Source: an uncultured Brevinematales bacterium (GTDB lineage: Bacteria; Spirochaetota; Brevinematia; Brevinematales; JAOACQ01). From it: a stretch of 64,000 nucleotides of DNA. The notes below the pieces were generated by a model. That model was not told where the DNA came from and ran no database searches. It saw only the letters and a program-made list of their open reading frames with translations. Positions 1 through 7,425 of this stretch are shown here, piece by piece. Within the stretch, counting starts at the first letter, position 1. Every line of letters begins with the position of its first letter. The DNA lies in NCBI GenBank assembly GCA_964533855.1, contig CAZHNM010000014.1, positions 5,238 to 69,237 on the forward strand, given 5' to 3'. The position numbers and the translations under genes were made by a program.

Positions 1-1
1 A

Positions 2-91
2 TGGGCAGTTGCAGCACAGGCTATCTCTAATATGTATATACAGGCTAAGGCAAACAGTAGTCACATTGGGCTGAAGGAATTATACCACTAA
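2..91 (+). CDS. Possible 3' end of a plus-strand gene truncated by the window edge (...WAVAAQAISNMYIQAKANSSHIGLKELYH*)
   Basis: Frame 2 is open from the window edge to TAA at 89-91, convergent with the RHH gene ending at 96; no family recognisable. Confidence 0.35.
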   Translation, partial: WAVAAQAISNMYIQAKANSSHIGLKELYH

Positions 92-95
92 TAAA

Positions 96-320
96 TCAAA
101 TAAGATCATTCTTTTTCATATAATCATAAAGTACTGTCCTGATACCGGACATCATGGATAGTCCTTTATTATTAAAATGTTCCTGCAGTATCTTTTTATA
201 ATTATCAGGCATTGCTATATTAAAAACCTTTTTCTTCTGTTTTTTATATTTTTCTGATTTTTCAAAAGTGTCGGTACTTTGGATGATTCCTGTTTTCAAC
301 TCTTCTTTTTTCAATGGCAT
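96..320 (-). CDS. Small ribbon-helix-helix type partition adaptor (ParG/omega-like centromere-binding protein)
   Basis: 74 aa, basic flexible N-terminus, C-terminal beta-alpha-alpha pattern (VFNIAMPDNYKKILQEHF...SGIRTVLYDYM); directly downstream of ParA. Confidence 0.65.
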   Translation of the reverse strand: MPLKKEELKTGIIQSTDTFEKSEKYKKQKKKVFNIAMPDNYKKILQEHFNNKGLSMMSGIRTVLYDYMKKNDLI

Positions 321-321
321 A

Positions 322-1074
322 TTATATGACTTCCAGGATCACATTTCCTATATCTTTTATTGATGGAATGCTTTTTGAGTCAGGATAGGCCTCAAAAATG
401 CTTTTATTGACCATCTGGCTCTCAGCCAGTTTTGAATCCTGGGGTATAAAAAATAGCCTGTAATTCATTTTCTTAAATTCTTCCATTACTAAATTATGCC
501 TCCTGAAAGAATGATTTACAAGATTTATCACGACCTTATCATGTTTAATTTCCCGCCGAAAATTTTTCCTGATTTTCTTCAATTCATCAGTAAAGATTGT
601 CAGCCCTTCCAGGCCAAAATACTCGGGTGTGAAAGGCGTTATGACTTCCTGCAGGGAAAGTATGATGCTTTTTTCAAGCCGGGACATTCCCGGTGAAAGA
701 TCATAAATAATAAGATCAAAGTTCAGACTGCGGAATTCCTCAAAAAGATCGACAAAAATAAAAGGTTCATCATTCAGTTTTGTTTCCGAATAATTCTTGA
801 GCATTCCGTTTATTCCAAAAGACGGTATAAAATAAAGGTTTTCATTATATTGGACAATAGTATCGGAAACGGAGACTTTACCGGCAAGTATGTCTGCGAG
901 TTCATGCTTTAAACCTTCTAGTTTTGTAAGAAACCAGGAACTTAATGATCCCTGCGGATCTCCGTCTATAAGCAGGGTTTTCCTGCCTGTGCTTGCCGTA
1001 TAATATCCAACTGATCCGGATATGGTTGTTTTACCTACCCCACCTTTCAGGACATGAAAACCAAAAGATTTCAT
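322..1074 (-). CDS. parA: ParA family partition ATPase (type Ib, no N-terminal HTH)
   Basis: Deviant Walker A KGGVGKTT, Walker A' LIDGDPQGSLS, Walker B IIYDLSP; RBS GGAGG upstream. Confidence 0.93.
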   Translation of the reverse strand: MKSFGFHVLKGGVGKTTISGSVGYYTASTGRKTLLIDGDPQGSLSSWFLTKLEGLKHELADILAGKVSVSDTIVQYNENLYFIPSFGINGMLKNYSETKLNDEPFIFVDLFEEFRSLNFDLIIYDLSPGMSRLEKSIILSLQEVITPFTPEYFGLEGLTIFTDELKKIRKNFRREIKHDKVVINLVNHSFRRHNLVMEEFKKMNYRLFFIPQDSKLAESQMVNKSIFEAYPDSKSIPSIKDIGNVILEVI

Positions 1075-1102
1075 AAATATCCTCCCGGAATTGTATTATC
1101 TT

Positions 1103-1188
1103 AATACCATAATAATATTAAAATCATATAATGATTTTATGAAGTTAATATCATTTCAATACTATGATTATATCAAAATAATATCATT
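1103..1188. repeat. AT-rich phased repeat array upstream of parA (candidate parS/operator)
   Basis: AATAYCAT-like units at 1147, 1158, 1169, 1180 (11-bp period); TAATATCATT at 1146 and 1179; inverted repeat TAAAATCAT-ata-ATGATTTTA at 1119-1139. Confidence 0.55.
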
Positions 1189-1265
1189 AAAATTACAAAG
1201 GTTTATAAAGGAAATCCTTTTCAATCTCTGAGATTAAAGATTACCCTTCAGTCACTTATATAGCT

Positions 1266-1934
1266 TTAAGAATATAAATTATTGTCATCTAAATTTTTTA
1301 TAAATTTCTCAAAAGATTCAGGCGGAGGATCATATTTTATTGACTTCTCTTTTTCCCTGCGTTTAAATTCCAGCCTTTTTCCTTCTTCCTCTCTCAATTT
1401 ATTGGTTACTAAATACCCAATGAGTTCTCTATCTTTCAGACATTTTGCCACATAAGCCGGAATGTTTTTGACGTATGAAAGCGTCTCAACATATTTTTTA
1501 ACCAGGTTTCTTATCTGTGCCTGAGAGAGAGATTTAATATTTGTTTTATTACCTGTATTAATATACTGATCATTTTGATCAGGCTGATTCATCTTTTTGA
1601 TTAGAGCCTCTGATCCTTTTGATTTATCTGTCTCATCATTTTGATCAGGGACAATTATAACCCTGATATTGGAACTTAGTTTCCTTATATGTCCGTCAAA
1701 GCTTATCACGGATATTAATTTCAATTTTTTCAGGTGAGATATTGATCGTGTTACAGTTGGGATTGATACACCAAGAAAATTTGCAAAATATTCATTTGAG
1801 GCAAAGCAGCCGTCTTCAAGCTGGCTCAGACTGTCAATTTCAGCTAAAAGCAGCTTTTCATTTGCAGAAAGATCAGAGCATAAATAAATAGCCTTTGGTA
1901 TCCATACGCCTTTAAAATCTCTTTTTTCATTCAT
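1266..1934 (-). CDS. Phage-type replication initiator (replisome organiser) with N-terminal winged HTH
   Basis: N-terminus RDFKGVWIPK..LSANEKLLLAEIDSL..GCFASNEYFANFLGVSIPTVTRSISHL is typical of HTH_36 phage replication proteins; internal DNA repeats in the linker. Confidence 0.8.
   Translation of the reverse strand: MNEKRDFKGVWIPKAIYLCSDLSANEKLLLAEIDSLSQLEDGCFASNEYFANFLGVSIPTVTRSISHLKKLKLISVISFDGHIRKLSSNIRVIIVPDQNDETDKSKGSEALIKKMNQPDQNDQYINTGNKTNIKSLSQAQIRNLVKKYVETLSYVKNIPAYVAKCLKDRELIGYLVTNKLREEEGKRLEFKRREKEKSIKYDPPPESFEKFIKNLDDNNLYS
1569..1649. repeat. Four iterons inside the rep gene (candidate replication origin)
   Basis: ATCATTTTGATCAGG (1569), ATCTTTTTGATTAGA (1591), ATCCTTTTGATTTAT (1613), ATCATTTTGATCAGG (1635): exact 22-bp period. 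Confidence 0.8.
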
Positions 1935-1937
1935 TAA

Positions 1938-2276
1938 TCAGGCCTTCTGTTTAAAAAGGTTATCCCGAATAAAGGGCAGTAATTCCAGAACAACTTTTTC
2001 CTTTTCTTCAGTCGTTAAATTAAGAAAATATTCAACAGTTGCTTTTTCTTTTATTCCCAGGCATTTTTCAATTTTAAAACGCGGTATCGGATAATAAATT
2101 GACTTACGCCCTTCTTTACTGATTTTACCTCCGAATTCCTGCCAGTGGTCATAAAAATAGTCAATTGAGAAGGATGGGAATATTCTGGAAGCTTCTGCCG
2201 GGCGTACGGCATCATTATTTTTCAGATAATCTTCAATTCTTTTCTGCTTCTGTTCTTTGATCTCTTTTGATGTCAT
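1938..2276 (-). CDS. Small hypothetical DNA-binding protein, possibly excisionase/RDF or Cro-like
   Basis: 112 aa, basic, first gene of the leftward operon, RBS GGAGA; weak winged-helix-like segment AVRPAEASRIFP; call is mostly positional. Confidence 0.4.
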   Translation of the reverse strand: MTSKEIKEQKQKRIEDYLKNNDAVRPAEASRIFPSFSIDYFYDHWQEFGGKISKEGRKSIYYPIPRFKIEKCLGIKEKATVEYFLNLTTEEKEKVVLELLPFIRDNLFKQKA

Positions 2277-2285
2277 AAATTCTCC

Positions 2286-2323
2286 AAAAAATAAGCCCGA
2301 TAGCGTGGTAGCGCTGATCGGGC
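2286..2323 (-). terminator. Intrinsic terminator in the leader of the leftward (xis-rep) operon
   Basis: Minus-strand RNA GCCCGAUCAGCG-CUACCA-CGCUAUCGGGC followed by UUAUUUUUU, directly before the RBS of the 112-aa gene. Confidence 0.75.
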
Positions 2324-2505
2324 AACTTACGGTGTAGTTTTGATAGGAATTAATGATAAGAACACATCTACTATTTCTAAAACTACACTTATTGCTCTTG
2401 GGCTACCACCCGGAATATATTGAAATTATATATCTTTTATTTTATACTTTAATAATAAAGTTTGTTATTTTTAAACTCTTTACCAAGCATGTCTTTATTA
2501 GACAT

Positions 2506-2534
2506 ATTATATGTCAATATAGACACATTGTCAA
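2506..2534 (-). promoter_or_regulatory. Perfect sigma70 promoter driving the leftward operon, overlapped by palindromic operator-like sites
   Basis: TTGACA (2534-2529), 17 bp, TATAAT (2511-2506); palindromes ATGTCT-N5-AGACAT (2489-2505) and GACATA-N3-TATGTC (2501-2515). Confidence 0.85.
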
Positions 2535-2579
2535 TACCTACAATCAAGTATTTTGAGTAGTATGTGGAGATTTATTATA

Positions 2580-3263
2580 ATGCAAAATGAAAGATTAAAA
2601 ACAATACGAAATTCTTTAGGTCTGACCCAGAAGGAATTCGCAGGGAAATTAGATTTAAAGGTAGAAACTTATAAAAATTACGAGTTCAGAAATAGAGATA
2701 TACCAGGTATTATATTAGAAAAATTAATTTCTGTTTTTAATATTAATTTAAACTGGCTTGTGTCCGAAAACGGATCCATGTTTGAGAAACCAATTACAAA
2801 AACCCGTTTATTCCAGACATTTGACTTGATTATTAATTTATCTGAAATATTACCATATATTTCAAAGCCTGTAGTAAATATAATTGTTGAAACGGAACCT
2901 TCTTCTGCCTGGAACCTGCCCTGTCTGGTTCTTGAATCATTTGATTCCGGTGAATGGTATTTGTTCGGCCGTAGCAGAATCGCATTTCAAGGGAATGGGG
3001 GCGGTTATAACAACATGGTGAATCTATTAACCATGCTCAAAAAATACAAAATATCAATAGGAAAATGGACTTTATCAAGGCAGATGATTGATGACTTTGA
3101 AGCCGGGTTAATACTATGGTCTGAAATTAAAAAAAATGCCGTTCCAGCACTTTCAGCAATAAACGAACAGGATTCCTGGCAGTCGACAATTAATCAGATG
3201 AAGGAAATGTTTAAAAAAGAATATAACGAATTGAGTGAAGAAGAAATTAAAAAGATGCTCTAA
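2580..3263 (+). CDS. XRE-family HTH repressor with unassigned C-terminal domain
   Basis: ERLKTIRNSLGLTQKEFAGKLDLKVETYKNYE is an HTH_3 pattern; RBS GGAGA before ATG 2580; divergent from the rep operon. Confidence 0.85.
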   Translation: MQNERLKTIRNSLGLTQKEFAGKLDLKVETYKNYEFRNRDIPGIILEKLISVFNINLNWLVSENGSMFEKPITKTRLFQTFDLIINLSEILPYISKPVVNIIVETEPSSAWNLPCLVLESFDSGEWYLFGRSRIAFQGNGGGYNNMVNLLTMLKKYKISIGKWTLSRQMIDDFEAGLILWSEIKKNAVPALSAINEQDSWQSTINQMKEMFKKEYNELSEEEIKKML

Positions 3264-4321
3264 TCAATATCCGGCATCTTCTCCGGTAAGAATCCTGTCG
3301 GCATATTATCTATAAACTGCTTCTTATATTCATCCAGTGGATTAATATACCTGTCAGTCATCTTTATATCTGAATGCCCCATAAGTTTTGAAAGAGCAAA
3401 AGGATCAATTGAAATACCGTTAACTCTGGTTGCTGCAAGAGTAGTTCCGAAAACATGACGGAGATCATGCAGGACAAGGTCTTTAATATTCAGCAATCTG
3501 CATAATATGCTGAATGAATCCGACAGTTCCCGGGCTGTCATTGAAAACAATTTCCCTTCTTTAATGCCATTTGTTTGGATCCATAGAATCAGATCGCTCC
3601 TCAGCCGCGGATGAAGAATAATCGTTACCCTCTTCCCCGTTTTACCCTGGGTCATGGTCTGCCTGTACTGTATAATTTCCTGATCGAATTTCAACTTTTC
3701 AATCGTCAGATCGAGTACATCAGAACGGCGCAGCCCTGTCATGCAAAGCGTTTCGATTATAAGGAATAATTCGGGGTCATGGATAGATTCAAAAATCTGT
3801 CTCAATTCAACAGGGGTCGGTATGCGGTCCCTGTGCATCTCATCGTAAGGCACAGGAATATCCTTCAATTTAACCTTTTTCTCCTTTAACTCGCCCCAGT
3901 CTTCAAGCTTTGAAAAGAATCCGGAGATAGTATTTAATTCACGGTTAATAGTGGTATTTTTCACACTTTTCTGCCTTTCGCGCTTATAAATATCAATATC
4001 GAGAGTTGTATAATCCTCGATCTTCTTATCCCCTACGACTTCAATAAATCTTTTAATATTGTTCTCGTCCTGCCGCCAGCCTTTATTATTTACCTTTGCC
4101 CAGTTCTCAATGTAAAGAGTTATCAGTTCACTGGCCAGTCTTGCGGGTTTCTGCTTTTTAAGATCATAGAATTCACCGATCGAAATTTTAAATTTAATTT
4201 TATCCTCTTCGATATCCGCATCCTTTTTGCGTGTGATTCCATGAAGTTTGATTCTTTTCCGCTTGCCTTCAAGAATAACCGAAGCATAATAAGCCCTGTC
4301 TTTATTATCCCAATAAGCCAT
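3260..4321 (-). CDS. int: Tyrosine recombinase / phage integrase
   Basis: Catalytic motifs TGLRRSD (R), HDLRH (H-x-x-R), LMGHS (H), TDRY (Y); N-terminal arm-binding-like and SAM-like domains; RBS GGAGGA. Confidence 0.95.
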   Translation of the reverse strand: MAYWDNKDRAYYASVILEGKRKRIKLHGITRKKDADIEEDKIKFKISIGEFYDLKKQKPARLASELITLYIENWAKVNNKGWRQDENNIKRFIEVVGDKKIEDYTTLDIDIYKRERQKSVKNTTINRELNTISGFFSKLEDWGELKEKKVKLKDIPVPYDEMHRDRIPTPVELRQIFESIHDPELFLIIETLCMTGLRRSDVLDLTIEKLKFDQEIIQYRQTMTQGKTGKRVTIILHPRLRSDLILWIQTNGIKEGKLFSMTARELSDSFSILCRLLNIKDLVLHDLRHVFGTTLAATRVNGISIDPFALSKLMGHSDIKMTDRYINPLDEYKKQFIDNMPTGFLPEKMPDID

Positions 4322-4333
4322 GGATTCCTCCTC

Positions 4334-4415
4334 TTACTGGCAGATTTACTGGCAGAAAAGTGTCAGTGTCAGTGAAACCTGTAACTCATTATAATTTACT
4401 GGCACCTGACTGGCA
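4334..4415. repeat. Integrase arm-type binding repeats
   Basis: TTACTGGCAGA at 4334 and 4346, TTACTGGCA at 4396, TGACTGGCA at 4407; inverted variants TGTCAGT at 4361 and 4367. Confidence 0.75.
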
Positions 4416-4416
4416 A
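4388..4416 (-). promoter_or_regulatory. Candidate integrase promoter
   Basis: TTGCCA (4416-4411), 17 bp, TATAAT (4393-4388) on the minus strand. Confidence 0.6.
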
Positions 4417-4518
4417 ATTTCACCAAAATAGGCGAAATCAGCCAAACGGAACCCTTTGAAAATCATTGAAATATATAGAATTAATTGGCTGGTCTGGTTG
4501 GATTGGCCCCAGGAATAT

Positions 4519-4603
4519 CGGAGAGAGGGGGATTCGAACCCCCGGTACATTGCTGTACACGCGCCTTCCAAGCGCGCTCCTTAAACCACTCGGACATCTC
4601 TCC
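4519..4603 (-). tRNA. tRNA-Ser (anticodon GGA), CCA not encoded
   Basis: GGAGAGA/TCTCTCC acceptor stem, D-loop GAGTGGTTTAAGG, anticodon arm CGCGC-TTGGAAG-GCGCG, long variable arm, T-loop GGTTCGAATCC, discriminator G. Confidence 0.97.
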
Positions 4604-4616
4604 AGAAGAGCCGGAT

Positions 4617-4645
4617 ATTATAAGACTTTCCTCCACTTAAATCAA
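4617..4645 (-). promoter_or_regulatory. sigma70 promoter of tRNA-Ser
   Basis: TTGATT (4645-4640), 17 bp, TATAAT (4622-4617). Confidence 0.65.
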
Positions 4646-4652
4646 AAAAAGC

Positions 4653-5156
4653 TCATCTCCACAGGACATGGCCGAGAAAGTAAATGATTGAAAGAGCGAA
4701 AAGGTGAATCAGCCAGTAGCCCATGTTCGGGTATCTGATAAAGCGGCCCTTGGGCCTGGGCCCGTCGAGGGTATTGGCGCTTGTCATCTCGAGGTCGTAA
4801 ATTAATTTCCCTATGGCGAATACGCTCCAGAGTATCAGGATATCTGGAAGGACTGATTTCATAATGAGGTAATTGAGATTAACTCTCCTGGGCATGCTCA
4901 CGAAAGCGAAATGGATCAATGTTATCGTCCCGATAAGTGTCAGCATTCCGTTTATCAGGTAAGCGTAGGCTACTAATCGTTTATTAAGGAACATCAGCGG
5001 CAGGACAAGTATGCTTATCAGACCTGCCAAAAAAGGCACTAAATAAGCCGGATTTTCAGAAATGAGATGGCCCCTCGCATGGGTTATAAAACTGCCTATA
5101 GAAATCATCAAGAGGCATATGACAAGGGCTACGCTCAAGTATCTTTTTTGCGTCAT
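4653..5156 (-). CDS. Hypothetical integral membrane protein (about 5 TM helices)
   Basis: 167 aa, alternating hydrophobic stretches, RBS GGAGG. Confidence 0.75.
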   Translation of the reverse strand: MTQKRYLSVALVICLLMISIGSFITHARGHLISENPAYLVPFLAGLISILVLPLMFLNKRLVAYAYLINGMLTLIGTITLIHFAFVSMPRRVNLNYLIMKSVLPDILILWSVFAIGKLIYDLEMTSANTLDGPRPKGRFIRYPNMGYWLIHLFALSIIYFLGHVLWR

Positions 5157-5227
5157 GCAGGGACCTCCTCCGCGGTATTTACCAATATTCTATAATGCGC
5201 CTGTAATTAAAGCAACGTGCGGAACTG

Positions 5228-5899
5228 TCATTTAACGCCATTTATTTTTCTAACGTTTATATACATCAGTATCCTGATAATAAGGGTAAGGACAAGAAGC
5301 AGGGAAGTGAGAACAAGCGAAGTTCCTATCTGGAGCTTGATGTTCTTGAAAACACTTGAGATGGAATTCCTCTTTATCAGGACAAGCGAACTGAAATCGG
5401 CAAGAAGCCTGGCTTCCTCCACCCTGAGCTGTGTCATAAATTCGCTGTCAAGTTCGCTGTTGTTTTCCTCCACTCCGGATATCTTTAAATCTATGTCCCC
5501 GATATAATCATCCAGGTCCTGCCTGGATTTATTATATAGTTTCTTCTCATCTTTCCTGGCGAATCTCCATCCCGATTTTTCGATTAAATTGCTGACGGTC
5601 GACATGTTTGTCCTGATGTTCGATACGGTCCATTTCCTTCCTTCTTTTTCACCGATTATAAGGTCCTTGAGTTCGCTGTCTATCTGCTGTATTATTGAAT
5701 AAGCATCCTTGATATTGGACCTTCCGGCGACATCGTATTGGAAGATCTGGTTGATCTCGCTTTCAAGCGAATTCAGGTAATTGATGGAGAATATGCTGCT
5801 TACTATGGTAATGCTTATGATTATTATAAAGCTCCAGGTATAATCTGCCAGCAGAGAGGGAAGGTTTGATATAATTTTACTCACAAGCTTGTGTTTCAT
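5228..5899 (-). CDS. Stand-alone membrane sensor with MCP-type four-helix-bundle domain (2 TM, no cytoplasmic signalling domain)
   Basis: TM1 (SFIIIISITIVSSIFSINYL), helical extracytoplasmic domain, TM2, stop soon after. Confidence 0.6.
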   Translation of the reverse strand: MKHKLVSKIISNLPSLLADYTWSFIIIISITIVSSIFSINYLNSLESEINQIFQYDVAGRSNIKDAYSIIQQIDSELKDLIIGEKEGRKWTVSNIRTNMSTVSNLIEKSGWRFARKDEKKLYNKSRQDLDDYIGDIDLKISGVEENNSELDSEFMTQLRVEEARLLADFSSLVLIKRNSISSVFKNIKLQIGTSLVLTSLLLVLTLIIRILMYINVRKINGVK

Positions 5900-5998
5900 A
5901 TTCTTATTATAATAAATGGGCCCCTTCTTATCAATAATATCTTATTTGCATTTTCCTGTCTTTTTACCTAAAATTATGTCGCCGTTATGGAGGGTTCC

Positions 5999-6892
5999 AT
6001 GAACCTTGATGACAGGGAGATAAAAGCAGCTGTCTCGGATTACCTCGGCGGCGGAGAGAGTTCTTCGCACGGTCTTTCCAACTTCAAAAAACTTACTGAA
6101 ATTTATATATATAACTTCCCTCGCGCCGCATACAGAAAAGACCTGGACACCTGTTCGGGGTTTTATATATACATGGTTGAAAGGCTTGAAAGTGTTATTA
6201 AAAATTTTCCGCTCGGCGAAGATATAAAGTTTAAGACCTGGTTCAACTGTGTGCTGAGAAACCAGTTCTCGCATTTTATGCGTTTTCAGAAAAAAGAGTC
6301 CTTGTACGAATTGAACATCGATGATTATGAAAATAAGACCGCATTCGATGTTTTTGAGACTGAAAGTTTTGATTATTCATTCCTGGAAGACTGCATGAAG
6401 GGACTCGATAATGCTGAAAGGCTGACGTTAAAGTTTTTCTATATGCCCTCAAGCCTGACCCCTGAGGATATTATTTCTTCTTCTGATGCATTCGGACTTA
6501 GCATAAGCGATATCCTATCCGTACAGGCGGGGCTTATTAAAGCCAGGGCGGATGAAAGCAGCAGGGCCAGGCATGCTGTCATGAAGATAAATTATATCAA
6601 TAAAGTGCTGAGGGACTTGAAACACAGGCTGCGCTCTATAAGCCTGGCAGGCAGCCAGCAGGGCCGGGCCCCGGCAGTTCCCCTGATAGACAGGATTGCA
6701 AGGTACGAGGCTGCAAAAGCTAGGCGGATCAGGGAAATGGAATCCCCCGACAGGAGGTTGTTTGCTGTTTTCGCCCCGCTTTTCGATAACGCCGTAAGGG
6801 CGAAAAGATCCCTGAACGGATCGAAGAAAAAGCTCAAAATGATGATCCTGTATAAGATGAATGCCCGGAAAACGGGAAGGGGGCTTTCATGA
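5999..6892 (+). CDS. Divergent sigma70-family (ECF-like) sigma factor
   Basis: Region-2-like FKTWFNCVLRNQF, region-4 start LDNAERLTLKFFY; followed by a ZAS anti-sigma gene; RBS GGAGG before ATG 5999. Confidence 0.65.
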   Translation: MNLDDREIKAAVSDYLGGGESSSHGLSNFKKLTEIYIYNFPRAAYRKDLDTCSGFYIYMVERLESVIKNFPLGEDIKFKTWFNCVLRNQFSHFMRFQKKESLYELNIDDYENKTAFDVFETESFDYSFLEDCMKGLDNAERLTLKFFYMPSSLTPEDIISSSDAFGLSISDILSVQAGLIKARADESSRARHAVMKINYINKVLRDLKHRLRSISLAGSQQGRAPAVPLIDRIARYEAAKARRIREMESPDRRLFAVFAPLFDNAVRAKRSLNGSKKKLKMMILYKMNARKTGRGLS

Positions 6893-7425
6893 CTTTCGGA
6901 TGCGGATATTTCCCTGAAAATGAGATGCTTCGCTACATCGATCTTAATTCAGGCAGGTCTTCTATAATTGAAGAACACCTGCGGAACTGCCCGGCGTGTA
7001 TGAAAGAGATTATAGAATTGAACCGTATTAATGCCAGGCTTGAAGTTTTCAAGCCCGGGACCTTGCCGTCATGGCATGATCTTACTGTTACGATAAGTGA
7101 AGGATCTGTCGAAGGCGCCTGGTCGAGCCGTACGGCTGTTAATCTTGTCCCCTTGGCTTATTCCAGGGGCCCGTCGTCCCCGGGCTGCATGGCGGTTTTT
7201 CCAGAGGGCGTCAGCGTTCAGGCTGATGGCGGGGTGTGCAGGATAACCCTTAAGCGTGCTGGTAATGAAAAACAGGTATCCGAAATAAGGAGAAAGGGCT
7301 CTTCCCTTCCCCTGTTTTCAGAAAAGTCCGGCAGGGAAGAGGTTGTATTCAGGGGCATCGGGCCCGGTGATTACCGGATAATATCAGGGAAATCCGTCAT
7401 AAATATTTCGATAAGAAAAGCTTGA
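6889..7425 (+). CDS. zf-HC2 (ZAS) anti-sigma factor with soluble C-terminal beta-rich domain
   Basis: EEHLRNCPAC (HxxxCxxC); start overlaps the sigma stop (ATGA); no TM helix. Confidence 0.7.
   Translation: MTFGCGYFPENEMLRYIDLNSGRSSIIEEHLRNCPACMKEIIELNRINARLEVFKPGTLPSWHDLTVTISEGSVEGAWSSRTAVNLVPLAYSRGPSSPGCMAVFPEGVSVQADGGVCRITLKRAGNEKQVSEIRRKGSSLPLFSEKSGREEVVFRGIGPGDYRIISGKSVINISIRKA

Larger units (their letters stand above)
1..4519 (-). mobile_element. Integrative element (prophage/satellite/integrative plasmid-like) inserted at the 3' end of tRNA-Ser; left part outside window
   Basis: Tyrosine integrase immediately downstream of the tRNA 3' end; repressor, replication initiator and ParA/RHH genes; visibly more AT-rich than the flanking core genes. 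The second att copy is not in the window. Confidence 0.88.

Noticed and set aside
1-91. Abi/HEPN defence gene at the window edge
   Set aside because: Only about 29 codons visible; no reliable motif
2353-2556. 67-aa plus-strand ORF in the switch region
   Set aside because: Low-complexity hydrophobic translation of AT-rich regulatory DNA, overlapping promoter and operators
4484-4510. CCA-rich run downstream of the tRNA on the minus strand
   Set aside because: Short and low-complexity; no hairpin or second tRNA fragment, so not called as an att core
4389-4687. ORFs 4389..4571 (-) and 4466..4687 (+)
   Set aside because: They overlap and simply translate the tRNA-Ser sequence
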